The notes beneath the pieces are model-generated. The model was not told the origin of the DNA and did not search any database. It worked only from the letters and a program-made list of their open reading frames with translations. Shown here piece by piece: positions 56,124 to 64,000 of a stretch of 64,000 nt of DNA (positions are counted from its first letter, which is position 1; every line of letters begins with the position of its first letter). Location: contig JBCCHT010000048.1 in NCBI GenBank assembly GCA_039028615.1, forward strand, positions 29,576-93,575. The letters are read 5' to 3'. Position numbers and translations under genes: made by a program. This stretch comes from Myxococcota bacterium. GTDB taxonomy: Bacteria; Myxococcota_A; Polyangia; Nannocystales; Nannocystaceae.

Positions 56124-57163
56124 GTCCCCTGCTCTCCCCGTGCCACCAGCATGCAATCGCCGTAGCTGTAGAAGCGATAGCCCTCGCGCACGGCCTCGCC
56201 GTACCACTGCAGCACCCGGCCACGCCCCGCCAGCGCGCAGACCAGCATCAGCAGGCTGCTCCGCGGCAGGTGAAAGTTGGTCATGAGGTGGGTGATGACC
56301 TGGAAGTCGAAGCCCGGGGTAATGACCAAGTCGGTGGTCTCGGTGGTGGGCACCACTCGACCGCCGTGCGCCGCCGCGATGCCCTCGAGGGCGCGGGTGC
56401 TGGTGGTCCCCACCGCCACGATCGGGCGGCCCTGGGCCCGTGCCTGCTCGATGCGGGCCGCGGCCGACTCGGTGATCTCGATGCGCTCGGCCCCGACGCG
56501 GTGCTCGGTCACGTCCTCCACGTCCATCGGGAGGAAGGTGCCCGGGCCCACGTGCAGCAGCAGCTCCACGACGTCGAGCGAGGCGAGCTGCGCTTGGTCG
56601 AAGTGCAGGCCGGCCGTGGGCGCAGCGACCGAGCCTTCTTTGGAGGCGTACACCGTCTGGTAGCGCTCGCGGTCGGCGTGGTCGGGGCCCTCGGGGCGCG
56701 CGATATAGGGAGGAAGCGGCAGCTGGCCGTGCGCGTGCAGGGCGGGCACCACTTCTCCTTCGATCACCTCGAAGCGTCGCGCTCGGGGGTCGACGGCATC
56801 GGGGCCCTCGTGGCGCAGGGCCAGGGTCCCCGCGCGGAGCACTTGGCCCGGTTTGAGTTTCTTGGCGCCGCGGACCCACGCCCGAACCGTCGCGCCCACG
56901 CCTTGGCTCGGGGCGGGGTCAGCCAGCAACAGCTCGAAGCGGCGCCCATCCTCGCGGTCGGCGAAGAGCCGGGCCGGCACCACGCGGGACGCGTTGACCA
57001 CCACCAGCGCATCGGCGGGCAGGTGCTCGGTCACGTCGCGGGTGTGCGCGTGTACGGGGGTCGAGCCCGTGCAAACCAACAGGCGAGAGTCACCGCGGCG
57101 GGTGGCGGGAGTCTGAGCGATCTGCTCGGGGGGCAGGACGTAGTCGAAGGCCTCGGGGCCCAT
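56120..57163 (-). CDS. queA: S-adenosylmethionine:tRNA ribosyltransferase-isomerase
   Basis: 'FDYVLP..IAQ', 'PLPPYI', 'YQTVYA', 'AAPTAGLHF', 'TNFHLP', 'YRFYSYGD'. Start re-called to ATG 57163. Confidence 0.97.
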   Translation of the reverse strand: MGPEAFDYVLPPEQIAQTPATRRGDSRLLVCTGSTPVHAHTRDVTEHLPADALVVVNASRVVPARLFADREDGRRFELLLADPAPSQGVGATVRAWVRGAKKLKPGQVLRAGTLALRHEGPDAVDPRARRFEVIEGEVVPALHAHGQLPLPPYIARPEGPDHADRERYQTVYASKEGSVAAPTAGLHFDQAQLASLDVVELLLHVGPGTFLPMDVEDVTEHRVGAERIEITESAAARIEQARAQGRPIVAVGTTSTRALEGIAAAHGGRVVPTTETTDLVITPGFDFQVITHLMTNFHLPRSSLLMLVCALAGRGRVLQWYGEAVREGYRFYSYGDCMLVARGEQGT

Positions 57164-57230
57164 GGCGGCAGCGAGCTTGTCCGAGGCACGGGCCGGGGGC
57201 AAGGGTCCGCCCCGTCGCGTAGTCACATGG

Positions 57231-58139
57231 TCAGTCGGCTTCGGCCGTGCATCGGCCCCAGTCACAGCGCAGTGGGGACTCGCAATCCCCGTGGTCACGG
57301 CACTGGCGAGGTCCCGCCAGGCAGCGGCCCAGCTCGCAGCGGCGCTCGACGCCACAGTCTTCGTCCGCGGTGCACTCCCGGGCTCCTTCGGCGCAGCGAC
57401 CGAAGCTGCAGCGGTGGTCTGCCCCGCAGTCCTCGTCCGCCGTGCACTCCCTCGGACCGGGCTCGCAGCGTTCGAGCACACACCGCGAGTCCGCCCCGCA
57501 CTGCTCGTCGTCGTGGCAGGTCCTGACGCCCGAGAGGCACTGATCGAGCACGCAGCGATGATCGGCCGGGCAATCGTCGTCGTCATCGCAGTCGCGAAGC
57601 CGATCGGTGCAACGACCGAACAGACAGCGATGCTCCGACGGACACGCGTCGTCGGTGGTGCACTCACGCGGGGCGTCCATGCACGCCCCCAGGACACAGC
57701 GCGACGAGGCCGGACACTCGGTGTCTTGCTCGCAGTCTCGTGGACCATCGATGCAATGCTCGTCGACGCAGCGTTGCCACGGGCCGCAGTCGTCGTCTTC
57801 GCGACAGGCCGAGGCCTCGAGTCTGCCCGTCACCGAAGGAGCGTCGTTCGCCTCCGCGGCCACGACCGTCTCGCGCAAAGGCAACCGGGGGACAGCGGCA
57901 TCCTTCGAAGGCGTCGGCGACGATGAAGCGCTTTGCCGTCCCCCCGCGGGGGGCTTCGGTTCCGACGTCTTCGAGGTCGTGCGCCCCACATCATCGGCAG
58001 GCTCGCGCGTGGTGATCCACCACCCTGCGAGCACGACGCCGACACCGAGCATCACCACCAGCCACAGCTGCGGTCGCGACGAGGAGGCAGACGAAGGCAC
58101 GCGCCGACGAATTGCGCCTGGTTGCCGGCCGCGCGTCAA
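57231..58139 (-). CDS. Membrane-anchored protein with eight 24-aa Cys-rich repeats
   Basis: TM 'LWLVVMLGVGVVLAGWW' followed by C-x5-C-x5-C-x4-C-x6 repeats. Start uncertain. Confidence 0.75.
   Translation of the reverse strand: MTRGRQPGAIRRRVPSSASSSRPQLWLVVMLGVGVVLAGWWITTREPADDVGRTTSKTSEPKPPAGGRQSASSSPTPSKDAAVPRLPLRETVVAAEANDAPSVTGRLEASACREDDDCGPWQRCVDEHCIDGPRDCEQDTECPASSRCVLGACMDAPRECTTDDACPSEHRCLFGRCTDRLRDCDDDDDCPADHRCVLDQCLSGVRTCHDDEQCGADSRCVLERCEPGPRECTADEDCGADHRCSFGRCAEGARECTADEDCGVERRCELGRCLAGPRQCRDHGDCESPLRCDWGRCTAEAD
57240..57810 (-). repeat. 72-bp imperfect tandem repeat (8 units) encoding CxxDxxC repeats
   Basis: Units such as CTADEDCGADHRCSFGRCAEGARE and CTADEDCGVERRCELGRCLAGPRQ. 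Confidence 0.8.
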
Positions 58140-58187
58140 CCGCGAAGGGACGACGCATCACGGGCGCCGCTGTGGCACTGTACTGCG

Positions 58188-59747
58188 GTGTCCACCCTCG
58201 CCCTCGCTCTGTCGTGGCCGCTGCTCGTCGCTCCTGCCTCTCCCGCTCAGCAACCACCGAGCACCGCACCGACCGAGGAGACCGGGGCGCCGGCCTACGA
58301 CTACGTCGAGCAGGCCCCGCTGGACGTCGAGACCCTCATCGCCGACAGCAGCCGTGACTACCTCGACGCCCGCGCTCGGCTCGAGGCCCACCCCGAGCTG
58401 GCCGCAGAAGCGATCCTCGATCGCCTGAGCACGGTCCCGCCCCCCACCAGCACCGACCGTAAGCGCCTGCTCGATGTGCTGGCGGCCCTCGGCTTGCCGG
58501 ACCACGTGGAGATGTTCGCCACCGAGCTGCGCCGCGGCGTGGAGCGAGCCGATTCCTCCGCGGACGAGGCCAAGGCGCTCAAGCAGTGGCTGCCGCTGCT
58601 CACCGATCAAGGCGAAGCCGCCCTGCCCGCCTTGAGCACGCTGGTCGCGGACAAGAAGATGCCGATGTCGATCCGGGCGTCGTTGCTCGATGCGATGGTC
58701 GATGCCACGCCGCCCTCCCGCGTAGCCGAGCTCGTGGTGCTGGTCGGTCGTGGGGCTCGTCCGCTGCGACAGCAGCTGCAGCGCTCGCTCAAGCGTCGGG
58801 GTCGTCGGGAAACCGAGGTGTGGAACGCTCTAGTCGCGAGCATCGACGAGGCGCTGGCCGACGCCGAGCCCCGTCGCGCGCCGCTGCTGCTCGAGCTCCG
58901 TGGCGCCCTGTCGCCCGACGACGACGCGTTCGTGAGCACCACGCTGACCACGATCGCCGAGGACTCCGAAGCTCCGTTCACCATGCGGGTCACCGCCCTG
59001 CGCTCGCTGGGCAACCGCGAGTCGGCCCCGGCTCACGAAGCGCTGGTGCGGGTCGCCGAGACGGCCCTGGCCCCGGAAAGCCGCGAGACCCAACGGGGTG
59101 AAGTGCTGGCCTGGCTCGCCCTCGAGGGGCTGCCCGAGGCCTCGGCCAAGCCGCTCATCGAGCGCTACGAACTCGCCTCCGACGATGCCCCACGACTCGC
59201 AGCCATCGGCTTCGCCTGGGCCCCCCTGCCCGCCGATCACGTGTGGCTCGCCCCGGCGCTGGAGAACCCGTGGCCGCAAGTGCGGCAGGCGGCCCTGGCT
59301 CGCGTGCAGGGACCATGTTCGTCGTCCACCACCAAGTTCCTCGAGCAGCGTGCGCACCTGGCCGGTCGCCGCTCCGAAGACGACCGCGCCGTCGCTCGCA
59401 GCACCATCCAGGCCCTGGGGCGCTGCACGGCCAGCGACCGCCTGCAACGCCTGCTCAACGACGAAGACCTCGACCTCGAGCTGCGCTCGGAGGCGGCGCG
59501 TCAGCTCGCTCGACTCGGCGACGACGACAGCATCGAGGCCATCGGTCGCGTGCTGGGCCGCAACCCCGAGCGTGCCTTTGCCCGTCGGCTGGCCAGAGCG
59601 CTGCGGCACATGCCCAAGCCCACCGCAACCGGCGACGAGATCCTCTGCGACGCCGCCCAGCGCCCAGACGAAGCGGGGCACGCCGCGCGCGAGAGCCTGA
59701 TTAAGCTGCACCCGGTCAACCCGGCCGCGGCCTGCGAAGACGAATAG
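58188..59747 (+). CDS. Secreted HEAT/alpha-solenoid repeat protein
   Basis: Signal-like 'STLALALSWPLLVAPASPA'. HEAT-like 'ENPWPQVRQAAL' and 'DEDLDLELRSEAARQLARLG'. Start re-called to GTG 58188. Confidence 0.7.
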   Translation: MSTLALALSWPLLVAPASPAQQPPSTAPTEETGAPAYDYVEQAPLDVETLIADSSRDYLDARARLEAHPELAAEAILDRLSTVPPPTSTDRKRLLDVLAALGLPDHVEMFATELRRGVERADSSADEAKALKQWLPLLTDQGEAALPALSTLVADKKMPMSIRASLLDAMVDATPPSRVAELVVLVGRGARPLRQQLQRSLKRRGRRETEVWNALVASIDEALADAEPRRAPLLLELRGALSPDDDAFVSTTLTTIAEDSEAPFTMRVTALRSLGNRESAPAHEALVRVAETALAPESRETQRGEVLAWLALEGLPEASAKPLIERYELASDDAPRLAAIGFAWAPLPADHVWLAPALENPWPQVRQAALARVQGPCSSSTTKFLEQRAHLAGRRSEDDRAVARSTIQALGRCTASDRLQRLLNDEDLDLELRSEAARQLARLGDDDSIEAIGRVLGRNPERAFARRLARALRHMPKPTATGDEILCDAAQRPDEAGHAARESLIKLHPVNPAAACEDE

Positions 59748-59763
59748 CAGAGCCCCTTCGGAC

Positions 59764-61845
59764 TCACTGTCGAGTCAGGCGCAGGCCGTAGACGAGCATC
59801 TGGCCCGACCCGGCCGCGCCGATGCCCACCGACCACATGCGAGGCTCGCCGATGAGCGGGCACTCGGCGATGGTCTCTCCCGCCTGCCGCACCACGATCG
59901 CCCCGGGCCGCACGTCGACGCGCAGAACCTGCGTCTGCATGAAGTCGAGCCCGGTGCCGCCACAGCTGAAGTCCTGGAGTCGCCCCACGGAATCCCGCAG
60001 GTGCCCCACCACGCGATCGGGCTCGAGCGAGACGCTCACCGCTTCGACCGCACCGTGTTCGAACACCAACAGCGGCACGACCTGGCCCGCGGTGACCTGC
60101 ACCGTGGCCTCGAAGCGAAACTGCGTGCTGCGAAAGCCCCGGGCATGCGCACGGACCCGCGGGAAGGCGCTGGTCGGATCCTCGACCGCGATGAGTCGCA
60201 GCGTGCCGCCCTCGAGCACCGCCCGCTCCGGGTCGCGCGCCACCAAGCTACCGGGCGTGCCGCGATCCACCTCGGGAATGCCCTCGTCCGGTCCATCGAG
60301 GCTCGGCCGCACGCGAAGCGCGACCGGCGTCGCGAGTTCACCCGTGGCCGGATCGTGCCCTCCCACCAGCATCGCGGTGCCATCGGCGAGCATCACGGGC
60401 ACGGTGTCCACGCGCCGAGTGGGGGGCAGCACGGTGGCCCCGGGGCGTGGGTCGAACAGGTCGAGCGCATTCGTACCGTCCAGGCCGATGCCGCTGATCG
60501 GGAGCACCAGGCCGTCGACCATCACGCGCTCGCCCGGCAACGCCAGCACCCCGCGTCGCGCCGCGGGAGCGGCTTGCCCGAAGTCTTCGAAGCACGGGGC
60601 ATCACCCTCGCACCAGCCCGCCCACGGTCGGTACTCCTCGCGGTCGTGCTCGGTCACCCAATGAACGCGACCATCCCCCATCACCAGCAGCACCACGCCG
60701 CCATCGTGCAGCGCCGCGCCGACCACCGGGACGTCGTCGGCCAGCGCTCCGGCCAGGTCGCCGCCGTAGCGCCGGAACCTCGAGCTGCCCTGACGATAGC
60801 GCTCGATGACGTGCACGGGCGCGCCGTCTTCGTCCCAGCCTCCGACCAAGAAGCTCACCCCGTCGCGGGCCACCAGCAGCTGCGCCCCGAAGCGGGGCAC
60901 GGCCAGCGCGGGTCCTTCCTGCACCGTGGGCACATCGCTGCGCGCATCGATCCACAGCCCCATGTCGGGCAGGTTGTCGGGGGCCGACGTGCCTCGATCC
61001 GGGTCGTCCTCTCCCACCGCGCAGGTCGACTCCAGCGTCAGGCGACGACAGCCGCCCGCCACCAAGACCCGCCCGTCGGGCAGCCGCGCCGCCGCGTGAT
61101 ACGCCCGCGCGGGACCGAGCTCGATCGGCAGCGGGATCGTGAACGGATCGCTGACCGTCTCGGCATCGTCATCGAGATCGATCACCACCAGCTGGTCGAG
61201 CGCGGTCGGGTTGCTTCCCGCGCCGCCCACCACGATGAAGCGCCGGTCCTCGACCGCATGCACGCTCTGGCCCACGCTGGGAAAGGGCAGACCTTCGCTC
61301 AATAGCTGCAGGTCTCCGCGCTCGTCGTGCACGTGCACCACGTCGTCGAGCAGCCGCCCCTCGGCATCGCGCCCGCCCACGATCACCACGTCGCCCATCG
61401 GGCCCACCGCGGCCGCGACTTCGTGGCGCGGCTCGACCTCGCCTGGCACCGGGCATAGACCGTCCACGGGAGCGAAATAGACCGGCAGCTGCCCTTCGTC
61501 GCGCATCCGGGCGGTGCGCCCCACCGCCTCGACCGTCTGCCCGAACAGCCCCTCGACGGTCACGGCGGCAACGGAGCGATCGCCCCACTCCAACGTCGAA
61601 TTCCCGTCGGAGAACAACACCTGCGTGCCGCTGTCGGGCGGGAAGTCGCCGCGCGCTTCCACCCGTAGCGCGCCGACCCGATCGGGATCGACCCCACATC
61701 CGAGCTGCGCGACCAAGGTTCGCGGCGGAGGATCGCTGCTGCATCCCCCGAGGCCGACCGCGGCCAGGCCCAACCCGAATCCGAGGCCGACCACACGGCG
61801 CGAAACCCGGCTCGTCCCGGTGTCGCCTGTGGCCCGCCGTATCAC
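59764..61845 (-). CDS. Kelch-repeat lipoprotein with C-terminal beta-sandwich
   Basis: Lipobox 'GLGGC'. Kelch motifs 'VVIVGG', 'ARAYHAAARLPDGRVLVAGG', 'LADGTAMLVGG'. Confidence 0.8.
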   Translation of the reverse strand: MIRRATGDTGTSRVSRRVVGLGFGLGLAAVGLGGCSSDPPPRTLVAQLGCGVDPDRVGALRVEARGDFPPDSGTQVLFSDGNSTLEWGDRSVAAVTVEGLFGQTVEAVGRTARMRDEGQLPVYFAPVDGLCPVPGEVEPRHEVAAAVGPMGDVVIVGGRDAEGRLLDDVVHVHDERGDLQLLSEGLPFPSVGQSVHAVEDRRFIVVGGAGSNPTALDQLVVIDLDDDAETVSDPFTIPLPIELGPARAYHAAARLPDGRVLVAGGCRRLTLESTCAVGEDDPDRGTSAPDNLPDMGLWIDARSDVPTVQEGPALAVPRFGAQLLVARDGVSFLVGGWDEDGAPVHVIERYRQGSSRFRRYGGDLAGALADDVPVVGAALHDGGVVLLVMGDGRVHWVTEHDREEYRPWAGWCEGDAPCFEDFGQAAPAARRGVLALPGERVMVDGLVLPISGIGLDGTNALDLFDPRPGATVLPPTRRVDTVPVMLADGTAMLVGGHDPATGELATPVALRVRPSLDGPDEGIPEVDRGTPGSLVARDPERAVLEGGTLRLIAVEDPTSAFPRVRAHARGFRSTQFRFEATVQVTAGQVVPLLVFEHGAVEAVSVSLEPDRVVGHLRDSVGRLQDFSCGGTGLDFMQTQVLRVDVRPGAIVVRQAGETIAECPLIGEPRMWSVGIGAAGSGQMLVYGLRLTRQ

Positions 61846-61854
61846 CGTCGAACG

Positions 61855-61864
61855 ATGATAGCAT
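61855..61864. promoter_or_regulatory. Overlapping bidirectional extended -10 elements
   Basis: ATGATAGCAT reads TGa-TAGCAT on + and TGc-TATCAT on -, between divergent genes whose starts are 17 bp apart. Confidence 0.55.
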
Positions 61865-63698
61865 GCCCACTACGGTGGCTTCCCCGACCTCGGGCTCGTC
61901 CGTCGCGGGCCAAGCGGAGCCGACGGGCGACTCTCCGGCTTCGGTCGCGTTCGGCAAGTACCGGCTGCATCAACGCATCGCGCGGGGCGGCATGGGCGAG
62001 GTCTACCGTGCCAGCTTGGTCGGTGAGCTCGGCTTCGAGAAGGCGCTGGTCATCAAGACCATCCTGCCCGAGCTGGCCGCTCAACCGCGCTTCATCGAGC
62101 TGTTCGCGGCCGAAGCCAAGACCGCGGTCGCGCTGTCCCACGGCAACATCGTGCCCATCTACGAGCTGGGGCGGGCCGAGGACACCTTCTACATCGTCAT
62201 GGGCTACGTCGACGGGCCCTCGGTGTCGCAGCTGCTGGCCACGCATCGACGCCGCGGCCACCCGCCGCCCCTCGGGGTCGCGCTGTCGGTCATCCGCGGC
62301 GTGCTGACCGGGCTGGCCTATGCCCACACCGAGGAGCCTACGCGCGGCGCCATCGTGCACCGCGACATCACCCCCCGCAACGTGATGATCGAGCGTAGCG
62401 GCCAGGTGCGCATCGTGGACTTCGGCATCGCGCGGCCGGCCAACGTCGATGCCGACGTGCGCGCCGGTTCGATCGGCTACGTCGCCCCGGAGCAGACCCG
62501 CAGCGCCAACGTCGATCCCCGCGCCGACGTGTTCAGCAGCGGCTGCCTGCTCTACGAGCTGCTCACCCTCGAGCGCGCCTTCCCCAGCAAGGGGGTGTGG
62601 ATGGAGCCTTCGCTCGATGCCATCCCCGAGGTCATCCGTGGGCCGCTGAAGCGAGCGCTGTCGTTGGACCCGAGCGATCGTCAGCGCGACGCGGGCGAGC
62701 TGCTGCAGACCCTCGGCCCCGCCATCACCCAGTACGCCGCGACCTTCACCGAGGCCAACCTCGCCGGGCACCTGCGTACGATGTACCCGCAGCGGCGCTG
62801 GGGGCCTGCCGCCGATCCTCCCGCCGAAGAGCTCACCCCGGCGACCGCGGTCAATCCCGATACCGAGACCTTCGCCACCCGCCTCACCCCGATCTCGGCC
62901 GTCGACCCCTCGTCCGAAGGCGAGTCGGCTGCGCTCGAGCCAGAGCTGGAGCCCGGCCCGGAATCGGTGTCGGCCAACGTCGAGGACACGCCGACGCCCA
63001 TGCTGCCCGTCGTCCCCGCGCCCGACGAGGACCCTCCGCGTCGCGGCATCGGGGTGTTCGTGGCGGCCGCGGCCGTGATGGCGGCGCTGATCTCCTGGTC
63101 GTGGCTCGGTCGCGACGACGGGTCCGAACGCCCGGCACGCTCGCAACCCGAGGTAGCCGCCGCCACGCCCGAGCCGACGCCCACGACCACGCCCGTCCCC
63201 GATCGCATCGCGCCACCGCCCGAGCCGACGCCACAGGAGCCGCCCGAGGCCCCCGCCCCAGCGACGGTAGTCGTGAACGTCGATCCGCCCACGGCCACGA
63301 TTCGAATCGGCGACGAGACCCTTCCCGGGCCCTCCCCCTTCACCGTCGAGCTCCCCCACGACGGCGAGAAGTCGATGACGATCGAAGCCCCCGGCCACGT
63401 CGCCGCGCCCCTGGTGCTGCGGGCGGGCGAGACCGAGGAGCGCTCCATCACCCTGCGCCCCGAGCACCACGGACGCGGGCATCTCCAGGTCCTCGCCCCT
63501 CACGTGTCGTGGGCTCAGGTCAGCGTCGACGGCCGTAGCCGCGGGCAGACGCCGCTCAAGCGGCTCGAGCTCCCCGCCGGCTCCCACCGCCTGGTGGTCA
63601 AGTGCGTGCCCGATGTCTGCCCGGAGCCCAAGGTCCTGCTGCGCAAAACCATCGAGGTCCACGCCGACTCGACCACCCGCGTGACCGTGCCCCGCTGA
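61863..63698 (+). CDS. Ser/Thr protein kinase with TM helix and PEGA domains
   Basis: ARGGMG, LVIK, HRDITPRN, DFG, GSIGYVAPEQ. TM 'IGVFVAAAAVMAALISWSWL'. PEGA 'VDPPTATIRIG' and 'VSVDGRSRGQTPL..LPAGSH'. Start may be GTG 61875. Confidence 0.92.
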   Translation: MPTTVASPTSGSSVAGQAEPTGDSPASVAFGKYRLHQRIARGGMGEVYRASLVGELGFEKALVIKTILPELAAQPRFIELFAAEAKTAVALSHGNIVPIYELGRAEDTFYIVMGYVDGPSVSQLLATHRRRGHPPPLGVALSVIRGVLTGLAYAHTEEPTRGAIVHRDITPRNVMIERSGQVRIVDFGIARPANVDADVRAGSIGYVAPEQTRSANVDPRADVFSSGCLLYELLTLERAFPSKGVWMEPSLDAIPEVIRGPLKRALSLDPSDRQRDAGELLQTLGPAITQYAATFTEANLAGHLRTMYPQRRWGPAADPPAEELTPATAVNPDTETFATRLTPISAVDPSSEGESAALEPELEPGPESVSANVEDTPTPMLPVVPAPDEDPPRRGIGVFVAAAAVMAALISWSWLGRDDGSERPARSQPEVAAATPEPTPTTTPVPDRIAPPPEPTPQEPPEAPAPATVVVNVDPPTATIRIGDETLPGPSPFTVELPHDGEKSMTIEAPGHVAAPLVLRAGETEERSITLRPEHHGRGHLQVLAPHVSWAQVSVDGRSRGQTPLKRLELPAGSHRLVVKCVPDVCPEPKVLLRKTIEVHADSTTRVTVPR

Positions 63699-63706
63699 CG
63701 CTGGCC

Positions 63707-64000
63707 TCAGCGACCAAAAAAGCCGTTGCCGTCGATCGCCAGGTCGGCTCCGGCACCGCCGGCCCGCAGCACCACGTAGGTCACCACCCCCACGATCGTC
63801 CCGGTGACCACCAGCCACGGGGCGGCGCGACGCAAGCGAGATCCGGGGCGCGGCGGGCCGCCTCCATCCAGCGCGATGAAGGGCCGCGAGGGCACCGAGG
63901 GCCACGGCCCGTCGCGATGCAGCACGGGCAGCGCCGTCCAGCCCTCCTCTGGCGTCTGCGTCAGCTCCGCGACGGCGGGCTCCCATCCCGCGCTCCCTTC
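63707..64000 (-). CDS. Hypothetical protein, C-terminal part with membrane anchor (5' end outside window)
   Basis: Frame is open to the window edge (EGSAGWEPAVAEL...). C-terminal 'RRAAPWLVVTGTIVGVVTYVVL'. Confidence 0.6.
   Translation of the reverse strand, partial: EGSAGWEPAVAELTQTPEEGWTALPVLHRDGPWPSVPSRPFIALDGGGPPRPGSRLRRAAPWLVVTGTIVGVVTYVVLRAGGAGADLAIDGNGFFGR

Noticed and set aside
57164..57230. preQ1 riboswitch upstream of queA; purine/ZMP riboswitches upstream of purF and purC; c-di-AMP riboswitch near dacA
   Set aside because: Upstream regions are short or leaderless and lack the conserved aptamer motifs.
57240..57810. Periodic DNA repeats as a CRISPR array
   Set aside because: The repeats are degenerate, in-frame 72-bp coding units with no constant-repeat/unique-spacer structure, and there are no cas genes in the window.
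58173..58186. TGGCAC...TGC as a sigma54 promoter
   Set aside because: GG-to-GC spacing is 9 nt rather than the required 10. It is better explained as an extended -10 box. TGGCAC at 9309 also lacks a -12 TTGC.

Overview
This is a high-GC (roughly 70%) bacterial chromosome segment, most likely from a myxobacterium (Myxococcota). That assignment is inferred from the FHA-type enhancer-binding protein, PEGA- and FGE-type Ser/Thr kinase-like proteins, many Cys-rich lipoproteins and deltaproteobacterial gene order. It is mostly core genome: folP-dacA(cdaA)-cdaR-glmM-acpS-nnr; lolC/E-lolD-bamA-skp-skp; prfB (programmed +1 frameshift)-purF; purC; rimP-nusA-ylxR-infB-rbfA-truB-rpsO-pnp-dut; and queA-tgt-yajC-secD-secF-recJ. 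Interspersed are signalling and envelope genes: two intact Ser/Thr kinases, a pseudokinase-FGE fusion, an orphan ECF sigma factor, a GldA/F/G-like ABC operon, and TPR, HEAT, Kelch and Cys-repeat proteins. I saw no rRNA, tRNA, CRISPR array, transposase, integrase or prophage, and no clear-cut novel defence or mobile system. Most notable observations: (1) -10 boxes sit only 6-10 nt upstream of many start codons that lack an SD, suggesting widespread leaderless mRNAs, including overlapping bidirectional promoters; (2) an FHA-bEBP lacks the GAFTGA loop and lies downstream of a sigma54-driven 60-aa microprotein; (3) a c-di-AMP module has a cyclase with a repetitive Ser/Arg/Glu tail; (4) a LolC/E carries a ~185-aa disordered insert with a duplicated motif; (5) several candidate structured RNA leaders are present. 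Several start codons were re-called from the supplied ORF track.
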